From the NCBI GenBank assembly GCA_964444625.1, contig CAYUHZ010000002.1:3338-44989 (forward strand): a stretch of 41,652 nucleotides of DNA. Direction: 5' to 3'. Source of the stretch: an uncultured Gammaproteobacteria bacterium. Lineage in GTDB: Bacteria; Patescibacteriota; Patescibacteriia; Patescibacteriales; GWC2-42-12. Made by a program: the position numbers and the translations under genes. Shown here one piece after another: positions 9,668 to 17,399 of this stretch. Numbering within the stretch: position 1 is the stretch's first letter; each line of letters starts with the position of its first letter. The notes below the pieces were generated by a model. It was not told the DNA's origin. It made no database searches and saw nothing but the letters and a program-made list of their open reading frames with translations.

Positions 9668-9868
9668 ATGGAAAAAATAGTTAATTATATCAAGGCTTCA
9701 ATCGAGGAAATGAAAAAAGTTACCTGGCCGACTAAAAAAGAGACTTACAACTATACCATGTTGGTTATAGGCATTAGCCTGGGTGTAGCGGTTTTTCTGT
9801 GGGGTTGCGACAAATTATTTGAATTTGGCCTGCAATACATCATAACTAACCAAACTCTTTTTAATTAA
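9668..9868 (+). CDS. secE: Preprotein translocase subunit SecE
   Basis: 66 aa. IEEMKKVTWPTKKET followed by a single TM segment. Position directly upstream of nusG. Confidence 0.9.
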   Translation: MEKIVNYIKASIEEMKKVTWPTKKETYNYTMLVIGISLGVAVFLWGCDKLFEFGLQYIITNQTLFN

Positions 9869-9911
9869 TAAAAACTACCTGCGATTTGGCAGGAAGCTTT
9901 TACCATTTTTT

Positions 9912-10457
9912 ATGGCAAAACAAGTACTAAATCAAGGCAGACGCTGGTATGTGCTTCACACCTACTCCGGCTATGAAGAAAACGTTTCCCAAAATTTGAA
10001 ACAAAGGATTGAATCGATGGATATGGAAGACAAGATTTTTAATATATTGATTCCGACTGAAAAAAAAATAAAAATTAAAAACGGCAAGAGAAAAGTGGTG
10101 GAAGAAAAAATATTCCCAGGATATGTTTTGGTGGAAATGGTGGTTACCGATGATTCATGGTACGTTGTGAGAAACACCCCAAACGTTACTGGTTTTATTG
10201 GCACCGGCACCATACCAACGCCGATTTCCGACCATGAAGTGAAGGAATTGCAAAAACGAATGGGAGTTGAAGAGCCGAAATTCAAAATCGATGTTAGCGT
10301 CAATTCGCCTGTCAGGGTAATCGATGGACCTTTCAAAAACATGGACGGCAAAGTGATTGATATTGACGAAGCAAAAGGGAAAATCAAAATTTTGGTTTCA
10401 ATGTTTGGTCGTGAAACTCCGATTGAATTGGATTTCCTGCAAATTAAAAAGATTTAA
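9912..10457 (+). CDS. nusG: Transcription termination/antitermination factor NusG
   Basis: 181 aa. RWYVLHTYSGYEENV NGN motif, FPGYVLVEM, and a C-terminal KOW (VIDGPFKNMDGKVIDID). Confidence 0.95.
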   Translation: MAKQVLNQGRRWYVLHTYSGYEENVSQNLKQRIESMDMEDKIFNILIPTEKKIKIKNGKRKVVEEKIFPGYVLVEMVVTDDSWYVVRNTPNVTGFIGTGTIPTPISDHEVKELQKRMGVEEPKFKIDVSVNSPVRVIDGPFKNMDGKVIDIDEAKGKIKILVSMFGRETPIELDFLQIKKI

Positions 10458-10530
10458 ATTAGAATTATATTAATATTGTTTATATCCGTCATTTTGCAAT
10501 GAGCTTCTACGGCATATAAATTCGAAAAAT

Positions 10531-10965
10531 ATGGCAGTTAAAAAGAAAAAAATAAACGCTAAAATAAAGCTACAAATACCGGCCGGACAAGCAAATCCAG
10601 CTCCTCCAGTCGGTCCTGCGCTGGGACAGCACGGCGTTAATATTCAAGAATTCTGCACCAGATTCAACGAAAAGACCCGCGATAAAATGGGAGATATTAC
10701 TCCGGTAGAAATAACGGTTTTTGAAGATAGAACCTTTGACTTTATCTTGAAAATTCAACCTGCTGCCGAATTGATAAAAAAGGCAGCTAAAATAAGCAAA
10801 GGTTCGGGCAAGCCGAAACTGGAAACTATCGGTTCAATTACCAATGCTCAATTGAAAGAAATAGCCCGGACAAAAATGGCCGATCTCAACGCCAATGATA
10901 TTGAAGCGGCAATGAAAATTATTGCTGGAACAGCCCGGCAAATGGGAGTAGAAATAAAAGATTAA
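10531..10965 (+). CDS. rplK: 50S ribosomal protein L11
   Basis: 144 aa. [30 protein letters not shown] is the canonical L11 N-terminus. Confidence 0.97.
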   Translation: MAVKKKKINAKIKLQIPAGQANPAPPVGPALGQHGVNIQEFCTRFNEKTRDKMGDITPVEITVFEDRTFDFILKIQPAAELIKKAAKISKGSGKPKLETIGSITNAQLKEIARTKMADLNANDIEAAMKIIAGTARQMGVEIKD

Positions 10966-11030
10966 TAAAATAATAATTTGTAGGACCTGGGTTTGCAGAT
11001 TGGCAAGCCAAGGGCTCGCACCACGAATAC

Positions 11031-11684
11031 ATGGAAACACTATTCGATAAAAATAAATTATATTCACCAGAAGAGGCTATCGCTTTGACAAAACAACTAG
11101 CCAAAGCCAAATTTGATGCTTCAGTTGAACTGCATGTCAGGCTGGGAATTAACACGAAAAAAAGCGATCAGCAAATCAGGGCGGCGGTTAGCTTGCCTCA
11201 TGGTACCGGTAAAACAATCAAGGTGGCGGCTTTCGTGCCAGCGGATAGAGAAGCTGAAGCCAAACAAGCTGGCGCGGATTTGGTCGGTAATGACGATTTG
11301 ATTGCTGAAATAAAAAAAACCGAAAAAACTGACTTTGATGTAGCCATCGCAACTCCTGATATGATGAAATCATTGACCGTGATAGCCAAAATTCTTGGCA
11401 CCAGAGGATTGATGCCTTCACCAAAAAACGAAACTATTACTACCAATCCCGCTAAAACCATTGCCGAACTGAAAAAAGGAAAGGTTAGTTTCAAAAATGA
11501 TGATACTGGGAATATTCATGTAGCTATCGGAAAAATTTCTTTTGGCAATGATAAATTGCTGGAAAATTTTCAAACCATGATCGAGATGATCAAGAAAATC
11601 AAACCAGCAACAGCCAAAGGGTCATATATAAAAAACGTTTCTCTCAGTTCTACCATGGGCCCCGGAATCAAAGTCCAAAACTAA
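11031..11684 (+). CDS. rplA: 50S ribosomal protein L1
   Basis: 217 aa. FDASVELHVRLGIN, LPHGTGK, ATPDMM..L..LGTRGLMPSPK. Confidence 0.96.
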   Translation: METLFDKNKLYSPEEAIALTKQLAKAKFDASVELHVRLGINTKKSDQQIRAAVSLPHGTGKTIKVAAFVPADREAEAKQAGADLVGNDDLIAEIKKTEKTDFDVAIATPDMMKSLTVIAKILGTRGLMPSPKNETITTNPAKTIAELKKGKVSFKNDDTGNIHVAIGKISFGNDKLLENFQTMIEMIKKIKPATAKGSYIKNVSLSSTMGPGIKVQN

Positions 11685-11696
11685 CCAAAATTGCTA

Positions 11697-11727
11697 AAAA
11701 GCGTCGCTTATAAAGTGACGCTTTTTT
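11697..11727 (+). terminator. Intrinsic terminator after rplA
   Basis: aaaagcgtc / gacgctttt stem, 11-nt loop, then a T6 run. Confidence 0.75.
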
Positions 11728-11750
11728 ATAAAAAAATTACCTTTAAAAAG

Positions 11751-11779
11751 TTGCCGAAATACAATCTTTTTGTTAGAAT
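11751..11779 (+). promoter_or_regulatory. Sigma-70-type promoter for the thymidylate gene cluster
   Basis: TTGCCG (11751-11756), 17-nt spacer, TAGAAT (11774-11779). Confidence 0.55.
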
Positions 11780-11818
11780 AAAAACACTTAAGTGGATAAG
11801 TAATTTATTAATATCATA

Positions 11819-11849
11819 AACAAGGAGAAAATTTTTACCTTGTTTTTTT
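11819..11849 (+). promoter_or_regulatory. Terminator-like hairpin inside the 5' leader of the dCMP deaminase gene (possible attenuator)
   Basis: aacaagg / ccttgtt stem with a 12-nt loop, followed by TTTTT. It sits between the predicted -10 and the coding start. A second hairpin region (ccaaaa/ttttgg or alternatively ccacc/ggtgg) follows at ~11852-11878. Confidence 0.4.
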
Positions 11850-11896
11850 ACCCCAAAAACCACCTCTGTTTTGGGTGGCAAGCGGTTAATAACACT

Positions 11897-12472
11897 ATGC
11901 CTGAAGAAAAATACCATCGTCCCTCATGGGATCAATATTTTATGGAAATCACCAAAATGGTAGGCAGTCGCGGCACTTGCGATCGCGGACGTAGCGGTTG
12001 CGTGATTGTCAAAGATAAGAGGATTATCACTACCGGCTACGTCGGTTCGCCGATAGGCTTGAAACATTGCGACGAAGTGGGGCATGAAATGCACACCGTT
12101 ACCCACCCTGACAGTAAACAAACTAGGCATTGCATCAGAACAGCCCATGCCGAACAAAATGCCATTTGCCAAGCTGCCAGATTCGGCATCTCGTTAGACG
12201 GGGCTACTATTTATGCCAAAATGACCCCTTGTTATGCCTGTGCCAAAATGATTATCAATGCCGGAATAAAAAGAGTTGTCTGCGAATTGGATTATCATGC
12301 CAGCGCTAGAAGCAAAGAAATTTTCGCCGAAGCCGGCATTCAATTTAATTTACTTTTTCAGCAAATAAACACCTATCGGGATATGATCCCAAATGAAATC
12401 AGTCACTTGCCCGAAATCCAAACAGAAAGCCTATCTGAAAAAAACTTACTTTGCGAAGAAACTCCTTTTTAA
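11897..12472 (+). CDS. dCMP deaminase (CMP/dCMP-type zinc deaminase, ComEB-like)
   Basis: PSWDQYFMEI..RGTC, HAEQNAI, and PCYACAKMIINAGIKRVV (H-A-E and P-C-x-x-C zinc motifs). An alternative TTG start at 11840 lies 12 nt after an AAGGAG. Confidence 0.9.
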   Translation: MPEEKYHRPSWDQYFMEITKMVGSRGTCDRGRSGCVIVKDKRIITTGYVGSPIGLKHCDEVGHEMHTVTHPDSKQTRHCIRTAHAEQNAICQAARFGISLDGATIYAKMTPCYACAKMIINAGIKRVVCELDYHASARSKEIFAEAGIQFNLLFQQINTYRDMIPNEISHLPEIQTESLSEKNLLCEETPF

Positions 12473-12479
12473 TAATCCT

Positions 12480-13034
12480 ATGACCAAAAAACTGGTAATT
12501 GGCCTAGTCGGAGAAATTGCCTCCGGCAAAGGCACTGCGGTAAATTACTTGGAAGAAAAATATCAAGCCTCTGCTTTCCGTTTCTCCACAGTTCTCCGTG
12601 ATGTTTTAGAAAGGCTTCATCTGGAAATTAACCGTCAAAATTTACAAACAATTTCTCTGGTTTTACGACAAAATTTTGGCGACAATCTCCTTGCCAAAGC
12701 CATAGCTAATGATGCGAAGAATGCCAACAGCCAATTGATCGTCATTGACGGCATCAGACGATTAACAGACCTAGAATACCTCAAATTACTGCCAGAATTT
12801 AAGCTAGCCTATATTACCGCCTCTCCGGAAATAAGATACCAAAGGCTTATCAAACGTTCGGAAAATACTGACGACAAGAATAAAACCTACCTGCAATTTC
12901 TAAAAGACCACCAAGCAGAAACCGAATTGGCGATTCCCCAAATAGGTCTCCAAGCTGAATATTTGCTTGATAATTCCGGATCAATTGAAGCGTTAGAAAA
13001 AAACATTGATTTATTGATTGAAAAATACCGCTAG
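12480..13034 (+). CDS. P-loop nucleoside/nucleotide kinase-like protein (CoaE/UPF0200/dNMP-kinase-like); substrate unknown
   Basis: Start taken at MTKKLVIGLVGEIASGKGT (Walker A). VIDGIRR motif typical of this small-kinase group. The longer ORF-track start at 12393 overlaps the deaminase gene and is unlikely. Confidence 0.7.
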   Translation: MTKKLVIGLVGEIASGKGTAVNYLEEKYQASAFRFSTVLRDVLERLHLEINRQNLQTISLVLRQNFGDNLLAKAIANDAKNANSQLIVIDGIRRLTDLEYLKLLPEFKLAYITASPEIRYQRLIKRSENTDDKNKTYLQFLKDHQAETELAIPQIGLQAEYLLDNSGSIEALEKNIDLLIEKYR

Positions 13035-13056
13035 TTGATAATTAGCATACAAGGAG

Positions 13057-13080
13057 GAGTGCAGAGTCTGCGCTCTTTTT
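13057..13080 (+). terminator. Intrinsic terminator-like hairpin between the kinase and tmk-dut genes
   Basis: gagtgca / tgcgctc 7-bp stem (one G-U pair), loop gagtc, then T5. Confidence 0.5.
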
Positions 13081-13091
13081 AATGTAATCTT

Positions 13092-14333
13092 ATGCAAAAC
13101 ATCAAAGAAATAATAAATACAACATTCGGTAATTCTGATGACGCTCAAGTTCAAAATTACGGCAAATTTATTGTGATTGACGGAACAGACGGAAGTGGCA
13201 AAGCCACTCAATCTCAATTACTTACTCAGAGGCTGTTTAACGCTGGCCTCCAAGTAGAACTGGCGGATTTCCCTCAATATAACACCAAATCAGCCGGTCT
13301 GGTGGAAGAATACCTTTCTGGTAAATACGGCACGCCAGAAGAGGTCGGACCGTACCGCGCTTCTATTTTTTATGCCTGTGACCGCTACGATGCGAGCTTT
13401 AAAATAAAAAAATGGCTAGCAGAAGGTAAAGTGGTAATTTCCAATCGTTATGTTACCGCTAACATGGGGCATCAGGGCGGGAAAATAGATAACAAATCAG
13501 AAAGAAAGGCATTCTTTGAATGGCTGTACCGAATTGAATACGAACTGTTTGATATCCCCAAACCTGACTTAAATATCATACTGCACGTAGAGGCAAATAT
13601 TTCACAAAAACTCTCTCAAACCAGAACAAAGATAGATTGGGCGGGAAAAACCAACGATATTCACCAAGATGACTTAAATCACTTAAAAAACGCCGAAAAA
13701 GTTTATTCGGAAATTGCTGATAGTTTTCCCAATTTTTCTTTAATCAAATGCACGCGCGATGGGCAGATACTCACTCGTGAAGAAATTAACGACTTAATTT
13801 GGCGTGAGATTATTGGCGTGATCGCTCCTTTAAGAAAGCCCTTCCATGCTCCTAATTTTAAAAAGCTCTACGAAGAAACAATCAACCATTCGGTTGATTC
13901 GGCGGATAACTTAATTCTAAAAGTTGAAAAACTCTACCCTTTCGCCAAATTGCCGACCCGAGCTTATGATTTTGACGCCGGTTTAGATCTTTATTCTTGC
14001 GATTATTACTCTCTGTTGCCTGGAGAAAAAGCTCTAGTTAACACTGGAATAAAATTAGCGATACCAGAGGGCAGAGTTGGTTTAATCTGGGATAAAAGCG
14101 GACTTGCCAAATCAGGCATTCATACTATGGGCGGAGTGATTGACGCAGGATACCGGGGGGAAATCATGGTCGGTTTGATTAATTTAAGCCATGATATCTA
14201 CAATATTAGTCCCGGACAAAAAATCGCTCAAATGTTATTACAAAAAATTGAACTGCCGCAAATTGTCGAAACAAACATCGATGATAAAACAGCCAGAAAC
14301 AACGGTGGCTTCGGCAGTAGCAGTTTGTTCTAA
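13092..14333 (+). CDS. tmk/dut: Fusion protein: thymidylate kinase (N-terminal) plus dUTP pyrophosphatase (C-terminal)
   Basis: 413 aa. The N-terminal part has FIVIDGTDGSGKATQ (Tmk P-loop) and ISNRYV..N..HQ. The C-terminal part has LPTRAYDFDAGLDLYS, GVIDAGYRGEI, GQKIAQM and RNNGGFGSS, which correspond to dUTPase motifs 1-5. Confidence 0.9.
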   Translation: MQNIKEIINTTFGNSDDAQVQNYGKFIVIDGTDGSGKATQSQLLTQRLFNAGLQVELADFPQYNTKSAGLVEEYLSGKYGTPEEVGPYRASIFYACDRYDASFKIKKWLAEGKVVISNRYVTANMGHQGGKIDNKSERKAFFEWLYRIEYELFDIPKPDLNIILHVEANISQKLSQTRTKIDWAGKTNDIHQDDLNHLKNAEKVYSEIADSFPNFSLIKCTRDGQILTREEINDLIWREIIGVIAPLRKPFHAPNFKKLYEETINHSVDSADNLILKVEKLYPFAKLPTRAYDFDAGLDLYSCDYYSLLPGEKALVNTGIKLAIPEGRVGLIWDKSGLAKSGIHTMGGVIDAGYRGEIMVGLINLSHDIYNISPGQKIAQMLLQKIELPQIVETNIDDKTARNNGGFGSSSLF

Positions 14334-14366
14334 GATTTATTAATAAAAAAGATTGCTTTTAAAAAT

Positions 14367-15770
14367 ATGGAAATAACACCCCGTGTTTACGCCCTAAAAG
14401 GACTCCCGCCAGAAGTTGTGGCAGTCGCGTTTGCCAAATGTTCTCGCTCTCCTCTGCCATTTGATCAAATTGCCAAAGAATTGACCGAAGCAAAATCAGC
14501 TGATTTTCATGAAAAATGGGTAATCAATTACGGGCACGCCTCGGTAGCGGAGCATGCCTGCCTAAATTTAGCAATTGAAGACGTATCGTTACTGGCGGTT
14601 GAATGCTTGCAGTCAAATCGTCTCGCCTCTTTTACCGAAAAATCATCCCGCTATCAAATCTATGATCGCGAAAGAATTTTTATACCAAAAAATATTGCGG
14701 CCGATCAAGAATTAAAAGATATTTATCAGGGCGCGGTAAATCAATTATTCGATGTTTATGAAAAATCAATAGAACCAATCAAGCAAGCGATCTTTCGCCT
14801 TTATCCCAATAAGGATAATGAACCGGAACAAGTTTGGCAATCAAAAATTAAATCAAAATGGATTGATATCTGCCGTTTCTTACTGCCCAACTGCGTATTG
14901 GCCAATCTCGGCATGACAGCTAACGCCAGAACTTGGGAATACGCCATAACGAAAATGCTGTCGCACCCGCTGCAAGAAGCAAGAGAGCTCGGACGTGAAG
15001 TTAAAAAAACCACCCTAGCCATCACGCCAACCTTGGTTCAATTCGCCGAACCAAACGAATATTATATTTTGAACGAACAATATCTAATGAATAAAGCCGG
15101 CAATATCAGCCTGGAAGATTCAAATAATAATTTCAATTCCGATCAAAAATTGTCCGTCGAACTGATTGATTATGATCCTGCTGGCGAGGATAAAGTTATC
15201 GCCGGACTTCTCTATAAATACCGCGCTATTTCTTTTATTCAAGCCTTGGATTATGCAAAAAACATGGGTGTCGGGGAAAAAGAACAGCTATTCAAAAATA
15301 TCCTAGAAAAAGCCAGAAACTACTATGACAAGCCGCCACGAGAGCTAGAATATCCTTATTACACTTTTGATTGTTTGCTTGACCAGGGAGCTTATTACGA
15401 CTTAAAAAGAAACCGGATAATGACGCAAACTCCTCAAATTCTGCACGGCCAATACGGCTTTTATACTCCGAAAATTTTTGCTGAAGTTGGTTTGGGAAGA
15501 GATTACCAGAACGCCATGGAAAGAGCGCACAACGCCTGCCAAACCTTAGCGAAAAAACATCCTTACGAAGCGCAATATCTGACAACCAAGGCCACTGCCC
15601 GAAGATTTATTATGAAAATGAATTTGCGCGAAGCGTTTTACTTCATTGGTTTGCGCAGCCGTAAGTCAGGCCATTTCATGTACCGCAAAATAGCGCGGAT
15701 GTGCTATGAACATATTGCCAGAGTTCATCCGCTAGCCGCCAAGTACATCATGGTTGATAAAGAAAAATAA
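14367..15770 (+). CDS. thyX: ThyX-family (flavin-dependent thymidylate synthase) protein made of two tandem ThyX-like modules
   Basis: 467 aa. Module 1 has GHASVAEH and SNRLASFTEKSSRY, which aligns to RHRxxSxxxxSxR. Module 2 has FDCLLDQGAYYDLKRNR and MNLREAFYFIGLRS. Confidence 0.8.
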   Translation: MEITPRVYALKGLPPEVVAVAFAKCSRSPLPFDQIAKELTEAKSADFHEKWVINYGHASVAEHACLNLAIEDVSLLAVECLQSNRLASFTEKSSRYQIYDRERIFIPKNIAADQELKDIYQGAVNQLFDVYEKSIEPIKQAIFRLYPNKDNEPEQVWQSKIKSKWIDICRFLLPNCVLANLGMTANARTWEYAITKMLSHPLQEARELGREVKKTTLAITPTLVQFAEPNEYYILNEQYLMNKAGNISLEDSNNNFNSDQKLSVELIDYDPAGEDKVIAGLLYKYRAISFIQALDYAKNMGVGEKEQLFKNILEKARNYYDKPPRELEYPYYTFDCLLDQGAYYDLKRNRIMTQTPQILHGQYGFYTPKIFAEVGLGRDYQNAMERAHNACQTLAKKHPYEAQYLTTKATARRFIMKMNLREAFYFIGLRSRKSGHFMYRKIARMCYEHIARVHPLAAKYIMVDKEK

Positions 15771-15778
15771 AAAGCGTC

Positions 15779-15826
15779 AAAACCCCGTATTTATACCAAC
15801 AAACCAGTGCAAAGCGGGGTTTTTGC
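15779..15826 (+). terminator. Terminator-like hairpin after thyX
   Basis: aaaaccccg / cggggtttt stem followed by T's. The loop is long (27 nt), so confidence is moderate. Confidence 0.45.
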
Positions 15827-15855
15827 TTGCTTAATAAATATTTTTGCGATAAAAT
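15827..15855 (+). promoter_or_regulatory. Sigma-70-type promoter for gatB
   Basis: TTGCTT (15827-15832), 17-nt spacer, TAAAAT (15850-15855). It lies 23 nt upstream of the gatB ATG. Confidence 0.55.
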
Positions 15856-15878
15856 AAAGCGATATAACAATAATAAAT

Positions 15879-17399
15879 ATGGAAAATAAATACGATGTTA
15901 TTATCGGACTAGAAATACATGCGGAACTAAAAACAAGGACAAAAATGTTTTGTACTTGCGATAATAATGCTACCGACAAAGAGGCAAACACTACCGTTTG
16001 TCCGATTTGCTTGGCCCATCCCGGCACCCTGCCAGTGCCAAACCTACAAGCGATTGAGTGGACCATTTTGCTGGGCTTGGCGCTTCATTGCCAAATAAAT
16101 AAATTATCAAAATTTGACCGCAAAAATTATTTTTATCCCGATCTGCCGAAAGGATACCAAATATCGCAATTCGACCTGCCGATTGCTTATGGCGGTTATC
16201 TGGAAGTAGCTAATGAAAAAATAATGATCACGCGCATCCATCTAGAAGAAGACACTGGAAAATTGCTCCATCCGGCTGGTAAAAATTATTCCCTGGTAGA
16301 TTACAACCGAGCTGGAACGCCGTTGATTGAAATGGTTACCGAACCGGTGATCCGCGACGCTACGACTGCCAAAAATTTTTGCCAAGGTTATCAGCAAATT
16401 TTGCGCTATCTAGGAATATCTGAAGCCGACATGGAAAAGGGAGAGATGCGCTGTGAGGCTAATGTCAGCATTCAGGAAAAAAATCGCTGGGAATATCTTG
16501 ACGGCCAAATCAAACCGAAAGAAAATTATCGCCTCAATCCCAAGATTGAATTAAAAAATATTAATTCCTTCAAAGCGATGGAGCGCGCTATCGACTATGA
16601 AATAAGGCGCCAAGAGCAAGCTTTAGCTGATGGAGAAAAATTATTACAAGAAACGCGAGGCTGGAACGACGACAAATCCATAACCTTCAGCCAAAGAATC
16701 AAGGAGACATCAGCTGATTACCGTTATTTTCCCGAACCCGATATACCACCGCTGGCGATAAACGATGAATGGATAGAAAAAATAAAAGCCAACTTAGTTG
16801 AACTGCCCACAGATAAAGCCAAAAGATTTCGCGACGAGTATCTATTCAGCCAAAATGAGGCCAAGATTCTTGCTCAAGACAAACCACTTGCGGATTTTAC
16901 CGAACAAACCATCTCAGAACTATGTTCATGGATTATCGCCAACGGAGACGATTGGGAAAGACAAAAAAACAAACTTGCTAAAATCACCGCTAATTGGCTG
17001 ATAAATGAACTATTCAAGCACCTTAAAGCCGAAGGTCAAGACGTTAAAAATCTAAAAATCACCCCGGAAAATTTTGCCGAACTTGTTTGTTTGATTTACC
17101 AGGGAAAAATCAATTCTTCTGCCGGTCAAACAATTCTTGCCGAAATGTTCAAACAAGGAGGCGATCCCACGGATATAATGTCTGACTTGGGATTGGAGCA
17201 AATTGATGACCTGACCCAACTTGAAGTAATCATCGAGGGTATCGTTGAACAAAACCCGAAACAAGCCGAACAATTTCGCCAAGGAAAAGAAAATATTTTA
17301 CAATATTTTGTCGGACAAGCTATGGCAGCCACCAAGGGCAAAGCGAATCCAAAATTAGTTTTAGAATTATTAAAAAAAATCTTATTTCTTAAAAATTAA
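15879..17399 (+). CDS. gatB: Asp/Glu-tRNA(Asn/Gln) amidotransferase subunit B
   Basis: 506 aa. YDVIIGLEIHAEL, VCPICLAHPGTLP, RIHLEEDTGK, and a C-terminal YqeY-like tail. gatC and gatA are not adjacent. Confidence 0.96.
   Translation: MENKYDVIIGLEIHAELKTRTKMFCTCDNNATDKEANTTVCPICLAHPGTLPVPNLQAIEWTILLGLALHCQINKLSKFDRKNYFYPDLPKGYQISQFDLPIAYGGYLEVANEKIMITRIHLEEDTGKLLHPAGKNYSLVDYNRAGTPLIEMVTEPVIRDATTAKNFCQGYQQILRYLGISEADMEKGEMRCEANVSIQEKNRWEYLDGQIKPKENYRLNPKIELKNINSFKAMERAIDYEIRRQEQALADGEKLLQETRGWNDDKSITFSQRIKETSADYRYFPEPDIPPLAINDEWIEKIKANLVELPTDKAKRFRDEYLFSQNEAKILAQDKPLADFTEQTISELCSWIIANGDDWERQKNKLAKITANWLINELFKHLKAEGQDVKNLKITPENFAELVCLIYQGKINSSAGQTILAEMFKQGGDPTDIMSDLGLEQIDDLTQLEVIIEGIVEQNPKQAEQFRQGKENILQYFVGQAMAATKGKANPKLVLELLKKILFLKN

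Noticed and set aside
12393-12479. N-terminal extensions suggested by the longest-ORF track: kinase from 12393, hpf from 39988 and rpoB from 9207
   Set aside because: The extensions overlap the preceding gene or add non-conserved residues ahead of the canonical family N-terminus. Internal ATG starts (12480, 39958, 9180) give normal lengths and spacing. The rpoB start remains uncertain.
15791-16066. 91-aa hydrophobic minus-strand ORF overlapping the gatB start
   Set aside because: It is antisense to the conserved gatB N-terminus and runs through the gatB promoter. Its hydrophobicity reflects the T-rich antisense of an A-rich coding strand.
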